Below the pieces are notes generated by a model. The model was given only the letters and a program-made list of their open reading frames with translations, made no database searches and was not told where the DNA came from. From Oopsacas minuta (taxonomy: Eukaryota > Animalia > Porifera), in NCBI GenBank assembly GCA_024704765.1, contig JAKMXF010000110.1:496001-560000 (forward strand): a DNA stretch of 64,000 nt. Reading direction: 5' to 3'. Below, piece after piece: positions 49,006 to 61,923 of this stretch; position 1 is the first letter of the stretch; each line of letters opens with the position of its first letter. The position numbers and the translations under genes are program-made.

Positions 49006-51925
49006 TTTACTTATTAACTTAACTCCAACTGATATTTATAGTAAATGATGTCCACTTGTTGTTATACTACACAGTATAATGATTGGTCATAATTATTTGA
49101 ACTACGCTACGAATCCTCCACTTTCAATATGATCTTCTTGTTAGATTTTTAAGCCATTCCAGTTCTTTCCATTTACTTTAAGGTATTCCTATTCATATTC
49201 CATATGATATTTCCATTTTACACATTATGGTGTAGAATTTCTTCGCAATGATAGGATACATACAGTGGAGTTTTACTATTAGCAAGTTGTATTTTACGCT
49301 TGCATATGCTCAAACTTGCTATTAGAAGGATTGCTAATAGGTGAATACCACTAGATATATATGACTACCTTAACAATATGTGATCCAAAAAGATTTTTCC
49401 TCAACAAGGTTAGTCATTCCATGATTTCCATCTACATCATTCTGTAAACGTTGCATATACGTAGAATAGACTAAAAGTTTAACTCATGCTTTCTACACAT
49501 ATATCCTAAGAAACTGAATATCAAATTTACTTTCCGTAACTAATTGGAGCACCGTGAATAACCTCAGCATATGGTATTAGGTTATACACATGAGATTATA
49601 ATTGAATTCCTATATAAGTACTTTTAAGTTATTTCCATTTCATTGATTTATCAGCATTTGTATAATCAGATGCAGAGTACACTTTTGATATTTCAAAGTT
49701 AGAATTACACCTAATTATAGTACTAAACTTTGCTTTTTATGTTGCGTGATAGAGATTGAGTAGATATTATTGTTCTATCTGTATGCTAGTGCATTACATG
49801 TAATTAGACCCGGGTCATTGCTTGCAATGAGTTTACAAGTAATAATACCCAATATAACTGCTGCAACTTTTGTACAATAATTCAAGGCTAATTGTATTAT
49901 AATGGCTGTATACTGCAGGTGTTGTATATATCTATATGCAGCGCAATATAATTAATAGAATCGATGTACATTGCTTGGCTATCAGTTACTCAATGTAATG
50001 AAGGTAATTAGATAAGTGAAAATTCACTTTAAAAATTGAATGATAAGATCTAGAATATACAATAATGGACTCTTAGCCTTAGTCCGGTCCAGTCAGGTCA
50101 GGTCCTCAGTTTCAACCTCCTATCGACCTTGATTACCAAATCTATGCATTCATTACTCCCTAATAATACATCACAATTTAGCCCAGTTACATTAGCTTAG
50201 AACTTCAAAAGTTAATTTGTTATCATTTATATTTTGACTATAGTGTATGTGTATAAGAATGTCTTACTTCAATATTCAATTTCATGTTAGTGTTTGAGAC
50301 GGCAGTAAGCAAATATAAAATCTTACCAATGACACTTTCCCAAATTCAATTCTTACCAATTTGTGTATATTATTAGTGTAATTAGATATGTTTAGACATT
50401 CTCTTTATCATCTCTTTTTCCTAATATATTTATCACTGTTTGATTATTATGTGTCAATCTTATCCTTATTTTCAAGTTAGTATATTACAACAATGTGTTA
50501 TCTTGTGTAAGATATTGTACCAAATAATATATATAGAATTTACATATTGAAATGTCTACAAAAATTGGACAATTGGATTATTTTCTGGGTCCTTTCGGAT
50601 ATATTTCAATTATCTAAGAAGTGTATATGTAAGCATTAAATACTTGTAAATTAGATTTCTGCTCTAATCATTGAAGTCTGAAGTTAATCAATAAATATTT
50701 TTCAATAATATTTATCAACACTATACTGGAAAGTTCTATAATACGATTTCACGTAGAATAAGTGTTAAACAGGTTTATGGCAGAGTTACATGAATACAGC
50801 TCATAGACTTGCTATTTTCGTGCAAATTTGTAATATGACGTGAACATGATTGTTTCATTATTCGGCAATACCATGGCAACAGGCCTTTGTTACCATTTCA
50901 AAGTTAATCATATTTTACCTTTCTTCCAGACCTAGCAAGATATTATTTACGGGGCTAGCGTCCACTTTTAAATACACATAATCTTCCATTTGTATTACAC
51001 TATGTGTACTGGATAAGCTTCCACTTTCTAAAGGTTACCTCTAGGCTAGTAGTTGCTTTCACAATACATAAACCAACTAAGTGAGCACTTCGCGGCACAT
51101 GATGTTAACATCATATTAAAATATGTTTGTTACAGAATTGCGCATTATAGTGTAATTGCATGATTTCTATTCATAGCAGTAAAATTATCTACAACTTATC
51201 AGTAATAATATCATAGAGTGTTACTCGTTCTATTTTTAACTTCCTTTGTAATAGTAGTAGGGAAAATCTGTATATGCAGTCGACTCCTGTTATATAGAAG
51301 CTCAAGGGACAGTGATCATTACCACTATATACGCGGAGTTCGGTATAACCGATGAATTAAAGTTAACTCTCGTTTATCGAACACGGATATATCAAAATAC
51401 CCGCTTCTAGCATGAAATTGTACAAATATGGTCCCAAACCGTCAAAGTATCATAATTAAATCGGTCATATCTAACTCCGTTTATAGCGTAATTACCGCGA
51501 TCCCTTGAGCTTTTACTTTTAGTAAACTATCATGCTAACGCTAAATAGTAAATGTCGATATCTATGGCCAAAAATACATGATGTGCAATTGATAGCAGAT
51601 ATAATTAATAATAACTTTTAGTTCAATATACATTTACTAGATTTTAGATGACTTATTGATTCGTAAGTGTCTCCCCGGCATATATTATGTGTTATACTAG
51701 ACTTAGCATATTTATGTGAGATAGTTATTTTAAGAGTATTCATGAATAATATCTTATACTGCATTAGCCGTCTCGATTATACTTACTGGAGCTAACTTTT
51801 GCCTGTCATTAAATAATACTGTCTTGTTGTTTCCATGGATAATTTACTGGTTGCTGATAAACAAACTTGGACAAGTTTCCAAGTTACAGTTTGATAATAT
51901 TCATAGTGTAAGTGTTGACCCCAAA

Positions 51926-51952
51926 TTGTTGTTGTTGTTGTTGTTGTTGTTG
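51926..51952. repeat. (TTG)9 microsatellite
   Basis: Directly visible. Confidence 0.95.
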
Positions 51953-54837
51953 AGTTTGCTTTCAAGCTGGCAAGTCAGTTTCTTACACTCAATATTGATT
52001 GGTTGACAGATTCATCATGTATTTATAATTAGAAATTATTCCAACTAATAGTGGCACAATGCTTTGTTATAAATAATTCAGAAAGAATTCAGAAAGAATT
52101 CATCAAAATTATTCTTGGATTATTTAGTTCAATTTACATATGAAGAATTGAATGTACAAGTGTTATGATTTATTCATCTTTCCAATAAAAACGCAATTAT
52201 ACAATTCTTATGATGGCATTAATCTACAAAGTTCAGTAAGTTTGCTCATGAGTTAGAATATACTTGCATTGGACACCTACACTAATATATTGAGCAATAT
52301 TAGAAGTTATTGCAGCAACATTTAATTCTGTCCATGCACATACATTATTATGGGACAATTATTGGAAATAGCAAAGAAATCTTTCGGGCAGATGTGTAGC
52401 TAGGAACAGATGATAGTGTGGAAGAGAAGAGCTGCAGGTGCGGAAATGCAGCATCCGTAAGTTCTATGTGCATTTTGGTGGATACACGAATTTTTTTGTT
52501 GTGGAATGTATCGCATTTGCTTCACCCTAGCTAAGCCTCTGCATTCGAGAGGGATTGGTTAATTACAGTCACCTTCAATTTGACCATTCACAAATATGCG
52601 TTCGTGTTGCTACGAGCGTTAAAATTAGTAAATCCATCTGTATAGGAATGTTTATGGCAATTCCGATTTTATCAGTTGGGCGGGAATCAATGAAATGGGT
52701 TATAGTAAATATCCCATGGCTATCATTAAATATTTTCGAGTCTCCCTAGTTACACATGTACATATCGAACAGAATTGGAACTTGAACCATAATATTAATA
52801 TATTATTTAGTGAGAGATTCACAATGACTATAGTTTTGCTAAAATCATTACTCTGACATCCTAACTCAATTCAAGATAAAGTTATACGATCTAAACGTAT
52901 GTATTTTCAGTCAGACACAAACCTTCCCTCAATTAGTGAAGGTCAAGTAGCAATTACAAAAGATTGGAGTTCAGATAGCATATGATAGCATTTGTAAAGT
53001 CATGAAATATGAAAGTTTATCCTCCACAAACAGGGTGTCAGGGACATTGAAAAATCCTACCCCATTGTGTGGGTTCATTTGTATGGGACTGGGGATTCGC
53101 TCAAATATTTTCACTCTGTTTACAGTTCCTCGTTTCCAAAGGCCCCGTTTGTTGAGGTTTCATTGTATCTTTCTTCTGAGATATCTATTTCTCCAGTTTA
53201 GTTGTTATCACCCACTGTTTTCACAAATTACTTTACTTATCTACAAAGACACCCTTGTATTTATTCGGCAGTTTATTAGTGAGACCAGATGTATTATCTC
53301 TATTCACACGCAATTAGAGTATTATAATTATTTGCAGCGAAGATTACACGTGTAATATACATTTTGGTTTAACTAATTATATTATCATTTTGTTTAGAAG
53401 CTGTAGAGCGGCGAGGTCACGTCACCCATGGGGGCTTGGCACTAGGTTTATGCACTTGTAGTATATAGTCGAGACTGCGATCGGTTCATTATTGAATATT
53501 GTGTTAATTTTAATAGTAATTAAAATATTCAGACGATCCTCAACCTACACACATGAATATATTCTTGGTTAGATGACTAGAGATAAGATGAAATTCTAAG
53601 TTTCTATAGTAATTGTACTATTGATTAGGGGAAATATCGATATTCTTGTTAAATACTGAAGTACCATAGATAAGTAAGTAACTGTGTAGACTATAATAGT
53701 ACTGTAGTGTTCGCCTAATAGCAAAACCCGCCTATTAGCAATTTTTCATTGACATAGAGTGCATTCTTGTATGGTTGCATTGTAACCTCGATCATTCAGG
53801 ATATCAGATTAACACTTTTGACAAGTCGGATGATCGAGGTTGTAGTGTACCTCGATTGTCCGAACTCGTTGGAACTGGTCAAAACATTCAGATATTCGAA
53901 GTTGCAGTTTACTCATAAACAAATTCGCGTATTAGCAGGGACAATTCATTCAAAATACTATTTGCTAATAATAGACAAACTCCTTTATAAAGGACAAATA
54001 ACAAAAAATATTAATTGTTTTCCAAAATGTAATTAAATAAATATTAGCTTGATACACAACTACGTAAGATTATGCTATGAAGTAGTAAAGTCAGTAAGGT
54101 GGAGTCAAGATATACGTAGTTGTCAAATTTCTATTCATTATACTGTAATACACAATATCCCATTCCAACTACGTAAGGTATGAAAATATATTCCAGATTA
54201 TTATCACTCTGTATAATTACATTAGAAGCTAATTATATCGAATAATTATTTGATTGTCAAGGTTGTATATTGGTTGAGTTGGGGAAAAATTTTATTGAAT
54301 CAGAGAAGTAATTCCCTAAACATATATTAAGTAACTCTACTTTGCTAAAAATACATTAGTGTAATATTAGCAAATTTATAAAACGCCCAGAATCATTTGT
54401 CGCATCTGAAGTTTTCCTTTCAGTCTATAAGTTGTAACACTATCTTCTCCTTTGAAAATGTTACGCAGAATTTAGACTCTCCTTATTGCTCAATACAAGC
54501 AATACTGAAATGAATTGTTTCCAATACAGGGGAACCTCATTATTAGTAATAATAATTATTATTATAATAGGATAATACGAACAAATATTTACGCGAAACC
54601 AGGTCTCTACAATGGTCATTCAATTGGTATTACTCCGGATTAAGAGAACATATTTTGACCATCCGTTCGTGTTCGTATTAACAATGTTCTGTTGTAAAAA
54701 TGCTATCGTTAAAATAGTATTATTTGTTCAACAAGATAACTCCACAGATAATTCAAAAGAGAAAGCAAAATACTTACAATCAAACATGCTTGTGTGTTTT
54801 AGCACTTATACAACAGACAATCTAATTACGAATCACA

Positions 54838-57162
54838 TTAACTATACACATTCATTTCTCCCTTATCAGACATGATGTAAACATGACCTGATTTGTTTAC
54901 TACCAAAGACATTGGTTCGAAGCCGAGTTTAGAAGCTCCACTGAATTTATGCTGGGGGTCGAACATGAGAATCCAGTTTTTCTGTATCACATAGATATTA
55001 TCAAGGACGTCAATTGTTATCAACGTTTTAGAAGGGGAATGGAAAGTTGTAGGGATAATAGTTTCCGATATTTTTGAGGCCTTGGGGGTAAGGGATCTTT
55101 TTTGTGGGGTGCTTGTGGGTTGTCTACTGGCACCAATTGTTGTTGTTGTTGTTGGTTTTCTGGATAACACCTTTTCTTTCACTCCTGGCTCCACCTCAGA
55201 GATGATAGTTTTCTTTTCATGTGAATGATCTTCCACCAGTCTTACCCGATCTTGGAAATTTATTTCTCCAATTTCCTTCCCTTCCAAGGAATATACCGTT
55301 ATTAATGCTCTATCTTCACTAACTACGAATATATTATCACGCGAATTGATAGCAATAGTAATGGATCCCAGTACAAATGGCTCTGGAGTTTTAGGTTCCC
55401 TTTCGGCTGCCACGTTTGGCTTCTTTGCCCTTGCGCCAGCTTTCTGACCGCTCTCAGTTCGTGAGGAAACACTCTGCGGCGATTCTTTCCTCTTCAAGGA
55501 TAGAGGCTTGAGTGCAAAGCGTTTATCGACGAGGAAATCTTTGTCAAGAAGTACCAGTTCATTCATGGACTTATTATGTACAACCAGACGAGAGTTTGAA
55601 GTAAGAGCAATACTGGAAGGATCCTGAATACTGTTAATATCGTCAGCTGAAATACACCGTATAGTCCTCTTCAAGGTATCGTCACGGATAATTATATGTT
55701 TAAGCCCTCGCTCAAGAATGTAAATATAGTTATCAATTCCGATCAATATTTGGGTTGTATTCTGCATAACACATGGATATGTAATCATGTCAATGGAATT
55801 GAACTGCGAATCGAATATTTGACATGTATCTTTCCCATATTTATTATTAGCCTCATTTTCGGTATATTGCGACGAAAACATGTAAAGCCTATCATTGTCC
55901 GCCTGTGCTATTCCTTGTAGATCGATTACACTTGCTTCCGTTTCCTTTTTATCAGGGATATTAGTCGGGAGTAGTTCGCTTCTACTTATATGCTTAATCG
56001 GGCTCTCAAAGCTAGTTTTGTGTAGATACTTTATCCAACCTATATTATTAAGTTGTTCATCTACTTCGCTTTCATTTCCTTTATCGTATTCTATAGCTTT
56101 TATTTGGAAAGGGATTTTAGGCATGGACGACTTAAGGGAATTGAATCTTTTCGTTATAATTGAAGTTAATTCGATTTTGTAGTTATTAGGATATTCTCTA
56201 TAGTTAGCAACGAAATCGGCTAGCGAGCTAATTTTTTTAAGAAGACTACTTTGCTTCTGGCATGCGGTATATAGCTGCTTTCGGACGGAAATATACAAAG
56301 AGTTTACATGCTGAATGAGGGTCTCACGACGCTTCTCAAGGATTTCTGCTAGGCTCTCGAAATGCTTATTGATTCTTTCAATTGTTACCTGTTGTTTTGC
56401 CATCATTTGACGCACTTGGTTGTCATATTTATCGTTTTCCTGAAGCATTGCGATACCGGGTTTACCGAGCTCATCCATTTTCTGATCTACGCTTTCGCAG
56501 AAAAGATTAAGAGCAGCCTTCAGGAACGTTTTTTTATGCGTGTTGTGATCTCCGAACCCGCAATCGTCACAAATTTGATCATCACACTCTACGCAATAGT
56601 ATTTAATATCATGTGTGGGATGTGTCTTACATTTCACGGTTGCCAGATCTGAAAGCAGTTTTTCCATATGGGTTTCATTCAACAGCCGGTCTATGGTAAC
56701 TGATCGATGAGTCGGTTTGAACCTATCATGAGCTACACTATCATGTCGACACATAATCTCCTTACAGTCGCAGCAATAAAATACAGCTGGAGTGTTATCC
56801 TTACCAAATGAACAATTAACGCAAGCGACTTCCTTTGGACCGCTGCGTAACTCGTCACGTAATTTTTTCAACTGGATGAGGTCAACTAATGGGTAGTGAG
56901 TCATAAGCTCGCTAACTTTGAATGTTAACGGTGTTTCCTCATGACATGCATAGCATTCGATCACATTTTGTCTCATCATTGTACTCTCAATACAATTCTG
57001 GCAGAAATAATGCATACAGGGTAATATCTTCGGATTTGAATAAAGTTGGTTACATTTTGAACAGGTAAGATTTAGCGATGTGGACTGTGCGCCTTCGAGT
57101 GATACCCGTTTATGGAAGTCTTGCGCGTCGATGGACGAATCAAAGCTGATATTTGCAGTCAT
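54838..57162 (-). CDS. TRIM E3 ligase: RING - B-box1 - B-box2 - coiled coil - divergent NHL-like propeller, single exon, ~774 aa
   Basis: First ATG at 57162 (the supplied ORF starts at TTG). RING CSKC..LPCMHYFCQNC..CYAC; B-box1 CVNC..YCCDCKEIMCRHD; B-box2 CKTH..YCVECDDQICDDC..H; DPSSIALTS, IAINSRDNIFV and ITIDVLDNIY blades. Confidence 0.85.
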   Translation of the reverse strand: MTANISFDSSIDAQDFHKRVSLEGAQSTSLNLTCSKCNQLYSNPKILPCMHYFCQNCIESTMMRQNVIECYACHEETPLTFKVSELMTHYPLVDLIQLKKLRDELRSGPKEVACVNCSFGKDNTPAVFYCCDCKEIMCRHDSVAHDRFKPTHRSVTIDRLLNETHMEKLLSDLATVKCKTHPTHDIKYYCVECDDQICDDCGFGDHNTHKKTFLKAALNLFCESVDQKMDELGKPGIAMLQENDKYDNQVRQMMAKQQVTIERINKHFESLAEILEKRRETLIQHVNSLYISVRKQLYTACQKQSSLLKKISSLADFVANYREYPNNYKIELTSIITKRFNSLKSSMPKIPFQIKAIEYDKGNESEVDEQLNNIGWIKYLHKTSFESPIKHISRSELLPTNIPDKKETEASVIDLQGIAQADNDRLYMFSSQYTENEANNKYGKDTCQIFDSQFNSIDMITYPCVMQNTTQILIGIDNYIYILERGLKHIIIRDDTLKRTIRCISADDINSIQDPSSIALTSNSRLVVHNKSMNELVLLDKDFLVDKRFALKPLSLKRKESPQSVSSRTESGQKAGARAKKPNVAAEREPKTPEPFVLGSITIAINSRDNIFVVSEDRALITVYSLEGKEIGEINFQDRVRLVEDHSHEKKTIISEVEPGVKEKVLSRKPTTTTTIGASRQPTSTPQKRSLTPKASKISETIIPTTFHSPSKTLITIDVLDNIYVIQKNWILMFDPQHKFSGASKLGFEPMSLVVNKSGHVYIMSDKGEMNVYS

Positions 57163-57639
57163 TTTCCACAATTAGCAATAGTATATATATATTTTCCTTT
57201 AGTTCTAATTTGCTATTTATATGATAACCTGACCCTATTACAGACAAGTATTAAGATATCATTGCTAGGGTTTAGTGACTATATATTAATGTAATTAATA
57301 TATGAACTCGTGTTTGCAATGTGGCAATATTGGATGGCACCATTTTGTACTGCAAGAATCATCTAGAAATTATTATTGATGCTAATTGCTAATGAATAAT
57401 GTTTGATAATTGAATTAACGTATTTTAATTCGATTTATTTGCTATTGGAATGCATTCAAAATATCCGTTCGGGTATAGCTTAAGTATATATATAAAATAG
57501 ATTAATTTAATTAACCCTTATGAAAGGGGTCGCAACCTGGAAAGCTTCAAAATCGTGAGATTCGTCAAGAATCTCACGATTCTATCGTTTATGTAATTAA
57601 GTATTAGTTTCAGTGATAGGACCAGGAATTCTGCAATAT

Positions 57640-58686
57640 TTATAAACCCGAAATCGTGAGAGTTGAGAGCCCTGCTATTGGTATGAAAGATGTACGACGC
57701 TCTATCCGTCCGTGATGTCCTGAGAAATCTACCAGACCGATTGATTTAAGAATTGGCACATAGATGTGCACCAAAAAGAATTCGTCTAATTCTGTTAGTA
57801 CAAATATCTTCTCATTATGGGCATTGATATCGATTGGATATTTAAGTTTGTCTTCTCCAAAACGGTTGGTATAAACCAGATCGGAATTGAAGAGTTCAAT
57901 ACTGTTTCTCCCAGAATTGCAGACATACACTGATTGCAAGTAAACACAAATTCCACGAGGATAAAAATCAAATTCGATATTGGATGAATTGGTATCGTTT
58001 AGATATTCTCCCGATTTTACGAACTTAAAAATAGAGTCTTGGTCGGAAACGTAAACGAATCCTTCGCTTAGAGATATGCCATACGGGCTAACTAATCTTT
58101 GTTCACCGAAGCTTTTCAATAACTCTCCTTCTTGAGAGAAAATATGAACCAAACCTTTGTAATAATCAGTGACGTAGAGTAGATTAGTTTCTTTGTCAAC
58201 AGTTAGATCGAATCCTGTTATATTATCTCCTTCATTTGTAATTCTTTTCATAGCAACAGGTTCTTTCCTCTTACCAAACTTAGCAACGCATTCTCTCAAA
58301 TGGAATGTATTCATGCAGTACTCAAGCTCTATAAGGTTACTGACAAACTTCACTTCACAAATAGGATCTAATTTCTCTTGCTCTTTCTTCAACTGTCTTA
58401 TCTTGTCATCCCATAAACTCACCACATACTGCTTGTCCTCTGCTATAGCATTCTGAGTTATAACTTCATTCGTCGCTCTTTTAACCATCTCGATTTGTTC
58501 CATGGCTTTTAGAATATCAAAATGCTTCTGATCAAGTTCTTTCAATTTACTTACTTCCCCGAGAAGAAGGTGTTTCCTCGTGTCTAAAATCTTGTAGCAT
58601 TCTAGGAAAGTTCTTTCTATTTCTAGTAAGAGAGCATCGAATCTATCTTCCCCTCCCACATCCAAACCTGTATCTGGAATAGCCAT
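57640..58686 (-). pseudogene. Coiled-coil + NHL-repeat protein without RING/B-box, 3'-truncated by a repeat insertion (ORF still open)
   Basis: ATG 58686. N-terminal helical region, then only about 3-4 NHL repeats (LTVDKETNLLYVTD, PYGISLSEGFVYVSD, PRGICVYLQSVYVCN, YPIDINAH). The last ~40 codons come from a repeat also present in a CPT1 intron at ~9485-9570. It could be an expressed truncated gene rather than a pseudogene. Confidence 0.65.
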
Positions 58687-58909
58687 TATGGTCAGATATG
58701 CTTTCAACAATTATTACTACTATATTTACTACAAGTCTACAATCATAAAATATTATCAACACCGTGGATCACATCTATATGCCTTAGTGTATGGTAACCA
58801 CTGTCCAGTTTCTTCACCTAGGAAAACGCGTGATTCTATTTTCATCATTTTTTGGCGCTATTTTAGTTAGATTGCTTCACAATGTATGTTATTATTACAT
58901 AGCTTTCAG

Positions 58910-59507
58910 CAGGGGTGCTCAAACTTTTAAATCTGCGGGCCACTTTAAAAATCAGGCTCCGCCTAACGGGCCACAGATCATAGATCGTCTCTGGCTTTAG
59001 TTTAATCAATTTTCAAGCTATACTATTTGACCTCATATTGCATTAACAATGAATTCTACTTGTAAATTCAGGCTATTGACTTATATGATAATCTTTTATA
59101 TGGTTTCGAAACATTTGCTGTCTCCTTTTACTCAGCTTCTTTTCTAGCAAGTGGACAAGAGTACTAAATCTAGATTTGGGGTATGCTAGGACTGTTCATA
59201 CTAGAATAACATTACAGAAAAATCTCGCCATTCCAATTTAAGTTCTGCCTCCTACGTCATACTTGTGAAGCTCTAATAATTGATAATCCCTAAATGCAAA
59301 CTAGAATTACTGATTACTTTATTCATACTGGGAACATTAATGCATTTGTGGAGTATCTGTAATTATTTCTATATGGTGTTTAGAAAACAATTATTATCTG
59401 TTGATTGAAGCACGTTAATCTTCTGTATATATGTGAATAATGAAAACAAGCGAATTGTCTGCGGGCCACAGCGAATGGTCTCGCGGGCCACGGTTTGAGC
59501 ACCCTTG
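58910..59507. mobile_element. hAT-superfamily MITE, ~600 bp
   Basis: 15-bp TIRs caggggtgctcaaac / gtttgagcacccttg, subterminal gcgggccac repeats, 8-bp TSD gctttcag / gcttacag (one mismatch). Confidence 0.88.
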
Positions 59508-59898
59508 GCTTACAGAAATACCGATATAAACTTTTTCCAGTTTTTTCAAGGGAAATTTTTTTTCCGGAAATCTGAAAATGTCCAGGTTTGGGGAATAACT
59601 CTTCTGGTTACTCTACCCTAGTGTTATATCGCACAGTTAACTCCGTTTTATCGAATGCCCGCTTATATCGAAGCCTGAAATTATACGAATATGGTCCCAA
59701 ACCGTTAGAATCACACTTATTTTCATCTGTTATATCGAAATAATAATCGCGTTGCCTTGAGCTTCGATGTAACGGGAGTTGAATGTAGTTTGGCCTTATT
59801 TACAAGAGTTAGAATCAATTCATGCCCAATTATCTACAAACATACTACAATTACTACCAAACAATTACTAAGCAAGGCCTCAAGTATCACATATAGCT

Positions 59899-61923
59899 TC
59901 AGATAGATCCATACACCAATGCATTATTAGATTCTGTACAGAAATAAACGTTGTTCAGATTGTCACAAGCCATTGAAATAGGCTCTTCTATGTCAGCTGC
60001 TGGGTATATTGCTACTTCTTTATAATGACTGTTGTATACGGCGAATACGGAGTTGTAGTAAATGTACACATTGTCAGAACAGTCTACGTAAAGCAATGCT
60101 TTCTCCCTCAACAATGGGGTATCGTATCTTCTATATACTGTCCGTATTTTTGTTCTCGGTTTGTAGATCTCATCGATCATATCGTGGAGAATTTGGTACT
60201 CTTCAGTTGGTATATCCTTTCCTTCGAAATCACAAATCCTGAACCAAGGTTCAAGATGCAGTAACAGTAAAATATGGTTGTTAGAGTTGACTGCCATATT
60301 TACGATCGGATTAATTTTATTCGGCAATCTTGGGTATAACTCTATGTCCATTTGTTCCACAATGAATGCGGCATCCAATTGCAGCGCAGAGGTATGTGCA
60401 TTGAAGGCTAGTACCACAGAATTGTAGCCCGAAGCAACTAATAGTTGATCTTCACTCGAAAACGTAATAAAATTCGGTTCGACTAAGCCTGATTTCTTAT
60501 AGTTTCCTTTTATAGTCATGCTGTATAAGAAATCTATATTGAAAATGTATATATTCGATTCTTTGATGTCTGCGATGGCAATCTTCCCCTTTTTAGAAAC
60601 AGCCATAGAGCATTTCCCGGAGAAACGCACTGTTGCCGTGCCCGCATCTTTTTCTGTAAAACTTTTAAGCTCTGTATTCCCTAAATTATATGGAAATACT
60701 GAATCTAGGCAATATCGTGACGAAGAGCCTACTGGTGTGCGTAGGACGAACGCTTGGCCTCTGTCATTAACCGCCACGCTATTTGGTTTCATAGGATCGT
60801 CTTTGGAATTTCCAAACAGAAGCCGTGGAGGTCGAGTGAAAGAAAGTGAGGATCGACCCATTTTTGAGATAGAACCATACTTCTCTGGGTTGGTGGTGAT
60901 CTCACGCAATTTTCCGACTACAAATTGTATCTTTTTCGGCTCGGTAGCCTCATCAGGGTGTAGTTCCCTATCCAGCTGTTGGATCCGTTCTCGAATTGGT
61001 GACATCACTTCTAATATATAAGTAACGGGGTATTCGTAAAGATACGGACGTGTAAGTACCTTGAATTCATTGAGTTTATCGATTAGCCCTTCTTGTCTTG
61101 CCATTAGATCTTTCATATAGTTTTGATGATGTTTAGATAGTTCTCTCACTTGTTCCATAAGGTTATCACGATGTGTTTCTAGTGCAGATATCTTCGAATT
61201 GAATTCGTTTTCTATGTTAGTTACCAAATTCTTTTCATCTTCATACATTTCCAACAACTTCTGTTCATAATATTTCTTGATTTCTATCTCATTTTCCTTT
61301 CCTCTTGTCATTTTACCGATATCTCTGGCTAAGTCATCTTTCATGTCGCTGGCAGTATAATCCAAATCTCGAATCATGTGACCGCGATGTTCACCGTCTC
61401 TACATTCCCTACAAAGGTACTCTCCATCAATTTTGCAACAGACTTCAGTTTCGTTGCCATGTGCTGTACACTTGAATATGGGATCCATTGGCTTGATTAC
61501 AAGTTCGTCCAAATGGTCGCTGTCTTCTAGACGTACTTGTACATGCTTCTTACTTCGCATCATCGTTATTTGATTTTGATGAGATTCATAATCGGCCCGA
61601 CACATCAACGCTCTACAGTCGAGGCAGAAATAAATTGCATTTTTGGGTGGATCGTCAAAACAATCGTCGCAGAATAGTTCATCTATTCCTTTCTGTGCGA
61701 GTTCAAGGATTTTATTGTATGAATTAATAATGTTTGCGTGGATTGGACTCTCTGGGATAGAATTAATGTCATTCGGTATTTTTTCCGTGCATAACTTATC
61801 AGGGCATTTTGGACTGTGACGAACACAATTACGACAAAATGAATGCAAACATGGTAGGAGTACCGGATCTTGTAGAATATCCTTGCAACAAAGACAAATA
61901 TAGTCTTGTTTTTTTTGTGCCAT
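59899..61923 (-). CDS. TRIM E3 ligase: RING - B-box1 - B-box2 - coiled coil - NHL-like propeller, single exon, 674 aa
   Basis: RING CLCC..LPCLHSFCRNC..CPDKLC; B-box1 CDDC..FCLDCRALMCRAD; B-box2 CTAH..LCREC..EHRGH; NHL-like KPNSVAVNDRGQAFV, MAVSKKGKIAIAD, EPNFITFSSEDQLLVA, MAVNSNNHILL. Confidence 0.85.
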   Translation of the reverse strand: MAQKKQDYICLCCKDILQDPVLLPCLHSFCRNCVRHSPKCPDKLCTEKIPNDINSIPESPIHANIINSYNKILELAQKGIDELFCDDCFDDPPKNAIYFCLDCRALMCRADYESHQNQITMMRSKKHVQVRLEDSDHLDELVIKPMDPIFKCTAHGNETEVCCKIDGEYLCRECRDGEHRGHMIRDLDYTASDMKDDLARDIGKMTRGKENEIEIKKYYEQKLLEMYEDEKNLVTNIENEFNSKISALETHRDNLMEQVRELSKHHQNYMKDLMARQEGLIDKLNEFKVLTRPYLYEYPVTYILEVMSPIRERIQQLDRELHPDEATEPKKIQFVVGKLREITTNPEKYGSISKMGRSSLSFTRPPRLLFGNSKDDPMKPNSVAVNDRGQAFVLRTPVGSSSRYCLDSVFPYNLGNTELKSFTEKDAGTATVRFSGKCSMAVSKKGKIAIADIKESNIYIFNIDFLYSMTIKGNYKKSGLVEPNFITFSSEDQLLVASGYNSVVLAFNAHTSALQLDAAFIVEQMDIELYPRLPNKINPIVNMAVNSNNHILLLLHLEPWFRICDFEGKDIPTEEYQILHDMIDEIYKPRTKIRTVYRRYDTPLLREKALLYVDCSDNVYIYYNSVFAVYNSHYKEVAIYPAADIEEPISMACDNLNNVYFCTESNNALVYGSI

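Noticed and set aside
36928-61923. Retroposition as the origin of the intronless TRIMs
   Set aside because: No poly-A tails or TSDs are visible, and some TRIM-NHL-type genes (e.g. human TRIM32, TRIM56) have single coding exons anyway, so it is unsupported.
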